This document shows positions 1 through 14,700 of a stretch of 64,000 bases of DNA, one piece after another; the stretch's first letter is position 1; each line of letters begins with the position of its first letter. The notes beneath the pieces are model-generated. The model was not told where the DNA came from and made no database searches. It saw only the letters and a list, made by a program, of their open reading frames with translations. Position numbers and translations under genes: made by a program. Source of the DNA: Lingula anatina (taxonomy: Eukaryota; Animalia; Brachiopoda); NCBI GenBank assembly GCA_051362555.1, contig CM120640.1:4588001-4652000 (forward strand), given 5' to 3'.

Positions 1-406
1 ATAGAGCCTATTTTTGCTCTCTACATTCAAATGAGTTATTTCCACTCTTACAGATGTTATCTAAGAACAAAATGAAAAGCAAAAGTCAAAATAAAGCAAC
101 TGCATTGTATATTATTTTTCTGGCTCTGTGTGTTCTTCGTAATCTCTTAATTTTTTTTTCAAAATGTTTTGGTCTTTATCAATAGGGTCCCATTTCCCCA
201 ACAATAACCAGAGAAGAAGCCAGTAAAATTGCCACTACAAGGTGTCCTTATGGGTTAATAATCAACAATGAAATAGAATGGGAGGATATGTGTGAAATGA
301 TAATTTCATATACTAGTTTTGTGAGACAAATCCTTCAGGGAGTCTAGCTAAACACGGAATAATTCCAGGTAACTGTAATGGGATTCCTTATGTTATAAAT
401 ACTTAC

Positions 407-1035
<629 letters not shown>

Positions 1036-1330
1036 CTACAAACAAGGCATACAATACTGTTTCATTCTAAATTAAACCATTTATTACTGGGAACGATTCT
1101 TGTGGTAATTATTTAGAACTTCGAGTTGAGATCTATGACATAAATGCCAAGAGATAATAAATATCATTAACATAGGGTGTCAGATTTCTTTCCTCGTTAC
1201 TCGGAAGAAAAACTGACATTCATTAAATCAAGAATATATTCCAAACCAAAAGAAAAAGGGTAGATCTAACTATCAATCCCCAATTTATTGAAACTGAAAG
1301 GATCAATGAAGAATATTATCTTATTATTAC

Positions 1331-1480
1331 CTGTATACACTTACTTTTTAGTTTAACATCCCAATCAACAAAGAGTTCACGAGGCGTTCTTGCTTGCCAA
1401 CAGTTCCCCGGATGTCAAAATTCAAGGGAAGACAAGACCTTTATCCTTGAACGGGTCATTGATTTTGTTTTGAAGCTGGT
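1331..1480. promoter_or_regulatory. Probable compact bidirectional promoter and non-coding first exons of ELOC (minus) and RB1CC1 (plus)
   Basis: Minus-strand donor GTAAGT at 1344-1339 (alternative GTAATA at 1330), plus-strand candidate donor ctg|GTTAGG at 1479, Ets-type CCGGATGT at 1408-1415, local CpG retention. The genes are head-to-head. Confidence 0.55.
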
Positions 1481-2398
1481 TAGGAAGATTTATTGTACAG
1501 ATGTATTCAAATTTCATAAACAATGGGCTTTTTGTTGGTTATAAATTAACTAAAATTGTTATTTTTTTATTTATCTGTAGATCTATGCTGTACGCCTTGG
1601 GTTGATGCGCCATCTATCATATTGGAGACTATTCTTATTCAGCTGTAGCAAAATATTTGTTTTGTTTTCCACATGAAAATTTTTCCCTCGAAAAATGGGA
1701 TGGATTACATATTTATGCAGAAAATGACAAAGGACAATAATATGCACGTACGTAGTTCGCTAAATGTTTTCTTGGCATAGACCAACGATGACTATGAAAT
1801 GCATTTTTGTGAATCAAAATACAGGTTTCGAGCAAGGACTTTTGTGACGAGTCAGCTTTATATTTAGTGCTTTAAGGAAGTATATAAAATAGTGAGCTGT
1901 TTGAATATCTTATATCATGTAAAAATAAGACTAAAATTTGCGTTTCTATGAATGTCAAACTGTTGCATGCAAAGGAATAGAATATGAAATCTAATATGTT
2001 ACTTTTTATGATAATAATCAGTTTCATAATCTCATATCGTATGTTTCTGCGTTTCTGTGACTTTTTGCACCTAGAAAACATTTTTGTGTAAAGTAACTGT
2101 GAAAATGAAAATTAAAAAGAAATGTCACATATGATGACATAGATGAAGTAGACATTTTCGTGAATACTATGTATTAGATTTTAAACCTCTGGAAATAACT
2201 TAAATATGAATAATATTAGTCATAGTAAATGAAATGCTTTTGTTTTAAGTGATTGATTTACTGTAAGTGTGCAGTTTATTCATTTTTCACTTTAATTATA
2301 TTTTTTATATAGAACAGGAATGAGTGTTTGGATCTGTTTCAGTGTACCTCTTTTCATATTGGTAATTTTAAGCCATTAGAGTAACTGATACACTGTAT

Positions 2399-2581
2399 CT
2401 GGGGTAGCGCTAACACTCGCCAATTTAGCCAAATCTTGAAATACTTAAACTGACATAAATTGGCTCAACAAAAAGGGCTTGGTTTGACTTGTTTTAGTCT
2501 AATTATAACCATTTGGATAACAAATTGACAAAAAAGTGGTGATTTGGCTAAGCGAAAAAAAAATTGCTAACGCTACCCCAG
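2399..2581. mobile_element. MITE with TIRs CTGGGGTAGCG...CGCTACCCCAG and 5-bp TSD TGTAT
   Basis: Terminal inverted repeats plus inner IR ttagccaaatc/gatttggctaa; tgtat at 2394-2398 and 2582-2586. Confidence 0.8.
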
Positions 2582-2743
2582 TGTATGAACAGTCTGATTA
2601 TTCAAGGAGAGTGCACTTGTGTAAACGTCTTTTCAGAAATGATCCAGAACACTGGATGACAGGAAACAAATGGTGCTGACTTTTTCAAAGCAGCCTTATT
2701 TGAATGCACTTATTCTTTTGGAGTGCCAAGGAAAGAGAGCAGT

Positions 2744-5700
2744 ATGCTGTACATCTTCCTAGTCGACACTGGTACAATGTACCCCATGGAGATGAATTTG
2801 GCAATGGATAGGTAAACTAAAGCTTTCTGGGACATTTTGATTGTATGCAATATATAAATTTTTTTGCTAAGGCTTATGGACAAAATCAGATGTATTATTG
2901 ACATTTAATTGCAAGTATTTGTGTGCAAATAACTGTTGGAATGTTTCTTCACATAATTTGAAATTGACTTGTATATTGAATTGCTTTTTCTTAATTAATA
3001 TGATCATAAACACTGAATGGACATTTTGAATTATTATCTGATTTCAGTGTCTCCAATCTGCGCCAGCACATTGCTTCTAGACTGGGCATTCCAGAGGATA
3101 AGCAGGTCTTGCTTATAAGTGGTGGAGAGAACCTGGATCCTGATGCTAGAGTATGCAGTTATAGTGCTGGAACCGTAAGTTATATTTTAGATCATTCACA
3201 CATGACTGTAATTACTTTGGTATTTAAGATGTTGCTTTGATAACAAAAATCATTTATCGGAATGGTGTAGTAAGTAATGATACAATTTACTGGTATCATA
3301 TTCTTTAATGAAAAATGAAAATATTGAGATCGTTTCAGCTTCTGATTTACGACATTTTTCATGAGTTGTATGAAAAAACAGTGTGTGTAGATAAACTTCC
3401 CATTTGTTCAAATGAAAGAAAATAATTTGTGTAATATTTAGTATGTCAATAATGTGATATACATTTATGTGATTTACAGGACACCAACCCCATCTTTTTG
3501 TTTAGTAAAAGTACAATTGAATCAGCCACACCTCCATCACCCAGTGTTTATCTAGGAACAGGTATACTCCTCCGACATGTTGGAAACTACTTAGTATTTT
3601 TTAATAAATGGAGTGACTTAATTGTTGTCAGAGTTAAAATTATTTTTCTAATATTTATGTTTAGAAATGATTTGTGAAAAATAATGATATAATGTGTTGT
3701 AAATTTAAATCACAAATAAGGATGGAGGGCAATTATCAGATATCTGTGTAGAGTTACGGTTTTGTTTTTCATGTTATGTATATCAGTCTGAAATTTCAAA
3801 GTTTCATATTCATATATGACCTATTTTGTTCAGATTTAGAGATGAGGGAGCAGGTGGAAGGAGCATTGCAAATGCCTCCAACATATGGAACAGTTGTGTC
3901 TAGGGCACAGTTAGCTTTGGTAGGTACATACTGGTAGTCTCTGTTTTCAAATGATGCAAGTAGTAAAACTTTGATGAAAGGCATGTCATTAACCAGCATC
4001 ATTTTAACTGTTGAATAGATGTGTGAAGCATATGTGCTATAAATGCTTTATAAGTAGCAAAAAATTTATTAAAGGTATTCTACATGGGAATTGAGAACAT
4101 AATTTCATTTTTCCTGAGGAAAAAGCAAATTTCTGTTACTCTCAATACATTGCTTGAACCATACCTGCTCTTGAAATCAATGTTTTATACCATTTCTTAA
4201 CTTGGTTCTACATGAATCATGTCTTCCTAATGTTCAAGAAAGAAATATTGACATTAGGTACTTTCATTTTGGAGATATTATCATTTGTAGGTCTGAATTA
4301 GGAATGATAAATAGTTTTGCAGGATATTATGACAAAAAAAATGCTTGGGACATTTTCAAATATTTTTACTACACCTTTAACTTAATTTATTTGACAATGT
4401 ATTTACCCACTGATTTGCAGCACTTCCATGAAATGGCAAGGGATCTGTGTAAGGGATGTGAAAACTTGGTCCATGAACAACATCTGCAACACCAGGGATG
4501 GGCTGCCGTCATTGCCAACTTGGATGATATTTCTAAGTAGGTTTCAATTACTATCTGAAAAGGTTCTTGTTTTATAATTTATTCTCAGCTGTTTACTTTT
4601 CCAGTTGTGTATACAGGTGTGTGTGTGTGAGTGTCAGAGGAAAAGAGAGAGTGTGTACACTAGCATGCATGTATGTCATGTGTCCAAAACAGGTGCGGAT
4701 TTAGGCCGTTTTCTGGGTCTTCCGGAAGACGGTCAGATTTTCAAGTTTACATTGACAGGTATCTAATTTTTTCTGTCGGAAGACGGTCAAAAATGGGGGA
4801 TGGTGCAACAAAGATAATTTGGAAGACTGTCAGAAAATATCTCTGGATCCGCCACTGCAAAATATATACTTTTATTAAAATTTAGGTTATCTGATTATTA
4901 TATCAGTTACTTGTGAGCATTTAGGCATTACTCTGTTTTTTCTCCCCTTAAAGGTCATTTGGGGCAAGATCAGGGGTGTTTCAGCAACACTATCGGGATT
5001 TCTTGGAGAACAAAGATAAATACAATGATGTCATTCACACGTAAGTGTTTTTATTATTATGATTTTTTTTGACATGTCCAGAACTAAAGAATATTTCAAA
5101 TCACATCAATAAAACTGTTTAAATTTGGATTATTTGTATTTAAAACATTAGATAACAAAGCTGAAATGTTTGAAATGTCTGAAAAATGGGTATAAAGAAA
5201 GCAACTTAACATTGTATTTTCCAAGGGCATGGAAGTATAAGTTGAGGATCTCATCCCCTTCTAAACATCTTTTTTGAATAATTGCAGTTTGGTTTCTTTG
5301 TAAGTAAAGAATTAAGGTAGAATTAATGTTTAATGTTTTATAGCAATGATATGCTTTACCTACTCTTTGTAGGTTTCCTAACCAGTTAGAAGAACTCTCC
5401 CACACGCCACTCTTGCAATGCTTGGTACCATCTCTTGAAGGAGAAGCTGGGCTGCTTACTGAAAATCCTCGACCAAGGACTCTGCTAGAGTGGATTAAGG
5501 CTCAGGTTATATAGGAATTGTTCACCAACTTCTTTACCAAAAACTTGTATACACGACTGTGACAAACAAATTGTTAAGCAATTTTCTCAATATTTATGCT
5601 GTGTAAACATCACTTTAACCCACTTTATTTTACTCATACATGAGATTTTTAGACTTGTGACTAAAATCAACCTTATTAGCTACCAAGGAACTTTTAGTGG

Positions 5701-8700
5701 AATGTGTCAGTCTATCTTTTAGAATATATTTTCAGAATTTTTCTCAAAAGTAACTCTGATGCCCATATATTCCAGTACCTCTTTCAAAAAGGTTTTCCAG
5801 TCTTGTTTGTGATCCGAATATGATATAAAGTTGCTATTTTTATTTTACTATGTCAATACTACAACTCAAAACTTATTTCTGTTTGATCTTTATTAGGACC
5901 CCAGAGGAAACATTGAGCAGATGGTTGAGCAAGCTGCAGGTGCTATAGAACAGGTAGACAGACTGAATATTTTAACCATATATGTGGTTAGGTTGAAACT
6001 AGTCATTGTATGGTATCTGCCCCACAGCTACATGTATAACTGAATGAAACAAGGGTGTCCTAAAATAGACACATGGGGCATTGAGAGCTCACTTTAGTAT
6101 AAACAGCTCAGGCATTACTGAATGATCTTAAATTTGATGTAGACAGGCTCTATGCCAAATTACTGCAATTTTAAGAAATTATTTCACAACACATATCTGT
6201 ACATTCCCCCAACTTGATAAAATGTATTTTTCACTGTCACTGGTTTAATACATTTTCCATTTTCATTGTACTTTTAACATAAGTTCCAGTCTGAGAATCT
6301 TGAGCAGATCATGGTGGAGGTGAGGGATATTCTAGATCAGGTGAACAATCCCAGTATGAAGGAAGTGAAAGGGTTGGAGGACCGGCTGTATGGCCTGGAC
6401 CAGCTGATGTATGGAGCCAGGCGGGTGGTACAAGAACAACAAGATATGGCTCAGGTAAACAACAGGTGGTAGAAGTGACACCATGACAACACTGATGCAT
6501 TTTACTAGGGAAAATCATGTAATGTTGTTAACTGTGCATAGTGATCTGAGCAATCTGAGCCTGCTAGAAAATAATAACTAATTTTTTTTTTGTTTTTTTT
6601 TTACTGAAAATTCTATCAGAATGTCCATTTTTAAATTGTAGAAGAAAGTCAACGCCTTTTAATGAAACGATAAAATATTAGTTACCATTGAGTTCTTGCA
6701 TTTTTCAGGGATTTGTTCAAAACCAAAATAGAGCCAGTAATTTAAGGGACACCTCAGTTTTACCAGACCTGTGTAACAGCCACCAAAAACAGCTAAAGGT
6801 TATGTTGAAAAATCACCAACAACTGAGGGAAATCATGAGAAAGTGCACAGCAGCCAAAGAAGAACTGTCAATTAACCTGCACACCAGATTGAGGTATAGC
6901 AGCTGTATCTGCTGTAGTCTGTGTTTATAGAAAACAAGATAATGGAATAGGAGAGCTTGCTTCCTTATTTTAGATGCAATGTTGTACAAAATGCTCATTG
7001 TTCATTTCTATCACATTAAGCAAGAGTTGATTGTTCGTACCTTACCCACCTTCCTTAAAAACTATTTTTTTAAAGTAGCCAAAAGATCAGGTGTCACATT
7101 TATTGCTTTTCTTGTGAATGCATAAATACCCATTAAGTTTGCTAGAATATTATACACACCTTTTGTTATATTATTGTATCAGATGGATCATGTATGTTGA
7201 AAAAACCATAGTGGATACAGACAACCGACTGATAGTGCAACATGAAACGTTGAGAAGACTAAAGAAAAGAATGGAGATACTGAATCAGATGTATGACGCC
7301 CCTAAAGTATATGCAGCAGCTGTGGTGGAAGTTGTGAGAAGGAAGAAGTTCAATGCACGTTTCTTAGAGGTAAGTCTTAGTAATGATTACAGAATAGAAT
7401 AGGTTGAAATATTGAATAAAAAGTTTTGATATTGTATTTATCACACTTTTTTCTTCAGTGGTCCTCTGCACTTTGAAAATATTGGTAATTTACACAATGA
7501 AGAAGCAAGTTTTGTAATACTATTTTTATCAGTATGAGATTTAAAGATGAAAACTGTTGTCAGCTAAGAAATGCTAGTGTGGCTAGAAATTATCTATTAT
7601 TTGTAATTTGTATTTTTTCTGTAGTAAAATTAATTTGTGTAAGGTATTACAATGAATCCTTAAAGACCTTTTCATAATGTGAAATTTATGTCTAAAGAAT
7701 TCACACTTTTTTCTTTAGTGGTCCTCTGCACTTTGCGAAAATGCTAATAATTTACACACACAAGAAATTGCTAGAAGAAAAGAATTTGCAGTGTTCCTGT
7801 GTAAGTTGTTTAAAGCATGTCATCTATAAGTGTAATTGTATATACAGTATGTAACATCTGCACTTTAGTGGATCTTTACAATATTAATGATGAGAACTTA
7901 GATATCCAGAAAGGTCGTAAAATAGATCTGAAGTTCTATTTTCAAAGAATCATTCTAATACAAACTCAGGATTTTTCATTTTTTAAGTCAGCCCAAGGGC
8001 ATAATCTAATAGGTAAGATTTTAAGTGCATGACACCTTAGCCAAAAGCTAAATATTAAATGAACAATTTTCATGTACATCAGTTAACATTTTGTTGTCAT
8101 ATTTTCAGCTCATCATTTCTTACAAACCCTGTTCCCTGGGTTCCAGGATGTTCCCCCGCACTTTGCAGTAAGTTTCAGCTGTTTCCCCATGAATTTAACC
8201 TAAATACTGAAATATATGTTGCACACATAGCTACTTTGTATAAAAATATCCTTTTTTAGGTTTTTTTCACATAAATTTCTTTAAAAATATTTTTTAATAC
8301 TTTGTTTCACTTTTTGGGTCAATTTCTCATTTCAGAATTCATTGCCAGACCCATTTGATCTCAACCTCCCTCTGATAGTAGAACATGATGTTGAAATTCT
8401 CAGGGAAGAAATGCAACGATATCCAGAAATCACAAATTTGCTGAAGTAAGGTTAAGGGGCTTGATATAAAGAAATGTATAAATACTGATTATCTTTATAG
8501 CATCTTTTTAATTTCAAGGTTGATTTACATAATTGTAATTTTTATATTTATTATTTTGGTTAAAAATAAATAATTTTTTTATGTAAGCTAGGGAAATATA
8601 TTGCCATTATTTATTGTTTTATATTATAATTGATTACAAGGCCATTGCTTCATAGCTTGAACTTTTTTCAGTATTCCAGATGTTCATACAGATATTTTTT

Positions 8701-11700
8701 GCCAGCTCATGGAAAGGATTGCCTTTCAGCCTGGAAAAGAAAAAGCATTAACTCAGCAATGTTTGCAGGAGCAACTTCAATTCAGTAGACATTCCAATTC
8801 TGATATCACTGTTCTCAGTGACTCGTCTCCCCCAGTGCCTGCTGGGCAGGGAACAGGAGATCATCAACTGTCTCTGCAGGTGGAGGACACCCATGACTCT
8901 GAGGATGAAATGGTCCAGGTGGAGCCAGACTTGCCTTCACTGGAGTCGGGGCCCTATCAGACTTTGCCTAAATACATTGATACAGAAGTGCTTCCTGTTG
9001 CTGTAGACTTTGAAAGAATACCTCAGCAACGCAATACAGGAGAAGAAAGTGTTGAGGTGCTAGGGAATGAGGATGCTGATGAAACACTTTCAAAAAGAGT
9101 GGTAGATGCCTTAGAGAGTGATGATGTTTTATCTGTGACTGACGTTGTCCCTAGGGAGGAAGATAGAGCTGAACATGCTGTGATTGAAGGCAAGGCTGGG
9201 GAAGATGACTCAGACGCTGTCAGGTTTGACCTTGGTTCTGAAGGCACTGATGATATTGAAGTGTTGACACCTTCACCTGAGAGAAACAGCGAGGAGAGAG
9301 AAGATAAAGGTAATTACTGGGAAAACTTATAACTTTGATAACTGGTGCAAGTCTAACTTCTGTTGCACATAATATTCTGTTTAACTAAAAACCATCCTGA
9401 TATTTTTAAAAAATATGAAGATTAGTGTCTAAGCATTTACTCCTGATGTAATTCTATGTAGAACAACTGCATGGTGAGATATGTCATTATATTATGGTTT
9501 TGAATTAAGTTGGGGAGACGGAATTTTGACTTCCTCATTAACTGCTCATGCCACAACTGAAATCTCTGGTTAAAACATCATGCAAGATTTACCTCTTTTT
9601 GAGAATAACTGTAAGGTTAAGATCTGAAAGCATGCCCCGCTTCTTCCTGTCTTACAGTCTTAGATTGGAGAGTAACAATGGCCAGCTCACCTACTACTTC
9701 CCCAGACATAGAATCCTTGGACTACAAAACTGCAGATTTTTACATTGATGACTCTATGCCTTCTTCAGCCACAGATGCTTCACCCAATTACAAGCAGGCA
9801 ATTGAGAAACTGACAGAGGACCTGTCCCACAAAGAGAAACTACTGCTTGAGAAAACGGCTCTTGCTGAAGAGATGGTCGCTACTGCGGAATCGTACAAGG
9901 CTAAGCTTCTGGTTGCTGAGGACAAGTTGGCAAAACTACATGACATAGCAGACAAGGCAGTTCTGAAGTTGAAATGTGAAGTTTTGACAGTTGATAAGCA
10001 AGTCCAGAAAAATCATGAAGATTTTTTGGAGTACATGAAAACTGTTTCAGGACAGTTATTCGAGACTGTTCAGAACTTTCACCTCCATCAGCAAACAGAG
10101 CATGAAAAAATCCTCGAAAACTTGAAATGTGAGCATGAAAAAATTGTTCTTGAGTATCAAGAGAAGCTGGAGGTGGAAGTCACTGCAGCACGTGATGTTC
10201 AACAAGAAATAGAAACATACAGGACTCAGTACAATGCTATATCGGAGAAGTGTGACCAGATGACTATGGACTTCGATCAAAAGATTATTGATTTAGAGAA
10301 ACAGTATAAAGAGGAAAAGGATAGACTTATAAAGGATATGATGCTGGAGCATGAGCTTGAGGTTGAAAAAGTTCACTCAGAGATGGAGATTGCTGTTATA
10401 ACAAAAGAACAAGAAATTGCTGAGATTGAAAGTGAAATGAGAAAAAAAGAGGAACTGATTGCTCAATTAAAATTGGAAAATGAGAAAATAGCCACAAATA
10501 TGTCTCAAAAGTTTCAAGCGGAGAAGGAGGAAATAGTGAACATTCTAAAGCAGGAGGGTAAAGCAAAGTTGGAGAAGGCTTTGCAGGAGGAGACAGCAGC
10601 GCTGGCCCAGAAACATTCAGAGGAATTAGAAAAGTGTGTCCAGAAACATAAAGAAGAATTGAAAACAGCTCTTGACAAGTGTTCTAAGGATTTAGGTGAG
10701 AAACATAGAAAAGAACTAGAAAGCGTAAAAGCTGATTTAGCTACCCAAAAGGAAACTGAATTAAAAGGAATGAAGTCTGAGCTCAAACAAAAAGAAGAAG
10801 AAAACATTGAAACCATTAGGAAGGAATTGAAAGAAAGACATGAAGAGGAAGTTACTGCTTTAAAAGCTAGATATGAAAGGGACCGAGAAGTACTAATAAA
10901 CTCAGCAGATTTTATAAGCACAGAAAGGGTGGAAAATGAATCCCAGACCGATGATGCTCTTAGTTTGGACACTGAGAAATACATGGAAATTGTTGCCCAC
11001 AAATCTGCTTTACAAAAGGTAGAAGAGGAAAATGCCAAAAAAGAGGCTGATGCAGTAAAACAGGTACATGATCCCCTGGTCCTTTTATTAAACATGCAGT
11101 ATATATGTATGGAAGTTGGGAGCTATCATTTGTGTAAATTTCCAAGATGGTCTGTTAAATTTTCCATTTTCCACAATGGTATTTTCCATTGTATCTCAAA
11201 TAAAAATGTTTTTTATACTGGAATTAAATTCATGTCATTTACCATTGAATTCATAGTGAAATTAGTTCTTTATACTGGAATGAAATTTATTCTTTTTCGC
11301 CTTTGTATTAGTGATGAAGTGGGTTTTTTATGCTGGAATTGAAGACCTTTTTACAGTAGTGACAGGTTCTTAGATAAATATAATCGGGCATTCTTTTGAA
11401 ATGACATACATTTTTCAATTTCGTACTCTAATTTTAGGCAGTTGATGCTCTCAAAACAACTCACCAAGAAGAAATAAGTCAGCTTGTACAGACATTTGAG
11501 AAAAATAGACAAGACAGCTTAGCTTCCTTAGCTAAAGAAAACCAGGTTTGTATAATTAGCTTTCCTGTTGGTATTGAACATTCTGTTGCTGAGTTGATGA
11601 CAAACAATGTGTGTGTAGTATGGGCATGCAAGTGTGCTTGTAAGCACGCCTGTCATTCTTGACTGACATGTAGCAGATTTGGTTTTAACTTCCAAGAACT

Positions 11701-14700
11701 AAATATAACAAACATAGTTCAAAAATGCAGTCCTTCAATTAAATAATATCCTCTTACCTACCATTATTATGCATATTTCAGTTCTGATGTTGCTGGCTTT
11801 GCCTGGAAAATATTCCAAAATTTTCAATGCAGAAATGTGTTTTTACTGACAATTTATCTGCTAAGCTGGAGAGTCCCATACTTGGCAGTGCTTCAGATTG
11901 TGATTTTTTGGGATTCAGTCATTCTTTTTGTGAGCTTAAACCCTCCAAACTAGTATATTCCTTCTATAAATAGTCTCATATTTCACAGTTTCACATTTTA
12001 TCTTGAAATTAAAGTTATAAGAAAGAAATTGATATGGAATAGACTAAGATTTAGAATTTTGGAATGTTGTCAGTGTCTGTGTTTGAACAATCATTCATTT
12101 TGAACATCTGAAACGAGATACTCTAGTCATATTTTCCTTTCTGGAAGGCTTGGAAGAAAAATAAATATTTTTTCTCAATCTAAATCTCCTTCAAAATCTA
12201 AGTTTTCCTCATACACTTTTTTTTCTGAAAATATTTGATTAAGATAAGTGTGGGCATCTTTTAAGCATACACTTTCAAGAATGCCCTATTACATGTACTG
12301 ACTATAATACTTGCTTTCATTCTCAAACATAATTTATGTTTACTACCCCTATCCTCATTTTCATAACATTTTCTTTCAAGTACCATAGGTGTGGTTATGG
12401 TAGGACACCTGTTGACAAAAGACAGCCAAGTACAAGCGTGCTAAGTTGAAAACTAACATTTACTTTTGGGGTTATGTAAGAATGTACATGTGTTTTATGT
12501 TTATATTTTTACTTTAACTGTTTAAAAAAGCTTCTGTCACAGTTTGCCAGATTTGCCTATCAGTATGCCTGATAGTGATATTGTTTTTTTTTTCAGGTAT
12601 CTTTTAATGAAGCTGTTAGCAAAGTTATAGAAGAAAAAGACAAATTAATTGAAGAACTTAGGAAAAAATATGCCTCTGTACAAGCTGAACAAGAAAAAGA
12701 ACAAGGTAAGATAGGAAGGAAGTATACAGATTTTTTAAAAGACCCCTTTTTTTAAAAAATTGTGCTTGACTTTATAAATACTCCCAAATTGCACATAATC
12801 TCCTGAGGGTACAGGCTTGCAGGTTTGCCTTCTATAAATATATATCTATTGACTAAAGCTGCATGGTACCCACACCTATGTATTATTTACATATACCTGC
12901 TTTGAATGATTTCAGCCACCATCCAGCGTCTGATGTCAGATAAGTGTAATCTTGAAGAGGAGAAGGACAAGGCATTGATACAGGCTCTGCAGCGGGAAAA
13001 AGATGCAAGGTAGGCCGCAAAACGCACTCAGAGATCATAGACAATCTGAAACATAGGATGCAGGGACTATTTATATCTGTGTGTGTGTGCTTATTTTTTC
13101 AGAGCACACAGTAAGAGGTTGGAAGAGGAGCTTGGTGCCCTCCAGCTACAGCCATATGGAGCTATGGGACAGTCAGCTATGGGGGCATCTGTGGTCCCCA
13201 TTAGGTCAGTACTGCGTGGCACTGTTAATTTAAACAACCATAAAAACACTGATTTTCATAGATGGACATAAAATATACAGCAATGTGTAGCACTGAATTG
13301 GAGAAAGCTCTTACATTTGTACTTTGAAGTAAAAAGAATACATTTCCATTTTCCATTGAAAAACAAAGGCTTTTCATCTGAAGGAGAAAAAATAATCAAT
13401 TTAAAAAACAAACAAAAAATACTGTAATATCAAGTTCTGAATCTGAAATTTTGACTTGAAAGAGAAAAATACTCATATTTTTTTAAAGATGAAGAGAGGA
13501 GTACCAATGTTAAGCTTTGAATCTGAAAAAATTGGTGAAGATATGATTGTGGCTGCTAAAGGCCCTGCTCTAAACAGATTGTTTATGTACACTGGCTGCC
13601 TGCATTACTGATTTGCTTGTGTAAACCAAGGGGACCATTTAGGAATAAAGGGTTTGAAGGGGAGGCATTAGATGAATCAAAAAGTATTTGATGCAGCATT
13701 TAATTACAAATAGGGCACTACAACAGTTGATTCACGAGCAAACAAAATACCTTATTTTTACACTACCCAGCTAATATTATAATAGTGTTATTCATTTAAA
13801 GGGATAATAACTCTTTGTTTTGGCCAAAAAAATGAATTTTCCTGGAGTAAACAACAATTTTCCCATACTTACCAATGGTTAATAAATCATTTTTACATTC
13901 AAAGTTAGTCCCTGTTTTTTTTCTAAAAAGTTTTTTTTATTGTTATAACCTCTTAAGAGATTATAACAGAGTGTATCCATCAATGGAGGTCACATGGTCT
14001 AAAGACAAGCTCAGATGTCAGAATAATACCTATAACTGCTGTTTTTGTGGTACAATGGGATATATATTATTATTCTATGAGTTGTTCACAATGTTTTATT
14101 GTGAAATATAGATCTCATATGAAAAGTTATTATCCCTTTAATGTTGACCACTGTACAGTCAAATATGTTGCACTTCAGTAAAAAGGCGAAGTCAATCTAC
14201 TAAGACCCCATTTCCAGATATTTGATCGATCTACTTTAGAATTACCTAACTCCCTGGGGGTTCACGCTAAATAGCTGTCAGCCGAGCGGACATGAAAGTT
14301 AATTACCCCCTTACAGCTTGTAGTAGGCGGGACGGACATTTAAGCCGGATTATCTGACAGTAATCTAGTGAGACTCCCCACGGGGATAGATCGATCTAAA
14401 AGCTCTGGGAATACAGCCTAAGTGTTTGCGAACCACACACTATTACAACACTCTACTCTGAAGATCCAAATAATTGTATTGTCTGAATCATTGTACTGTG
14501 TGGAAAAATCTTCAAAAATTAGTGATTGTACCATGTGGAAAAATGTTTGAAAATTAATTATTGTACTGTGCAAAGTAATTGTACAGCATGGAAAAGGTTG
14601 GCAGTTTCCATGTTTATTGTGAAAAAAAAGCCATTGGTTTGAAAGAATTTTTTTTATTTTTCAAAATATTTGTATTCTGTTTTTTAACCTGAAAATAATT

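Noticed and set aside
10514-11095. 193-aa minus-strand ORF and other antisense ORFs over RB1CC1 and gcm exons
   Set aside because: Shadow ORFs of coding exons with no independent splice or homology signal.
11064-11342. C-terminal part of the 554-aa ORF
   Set aside because: Read-through past the donor at 11063 into intron with degenerate repeats; the frame resumes at 11438.
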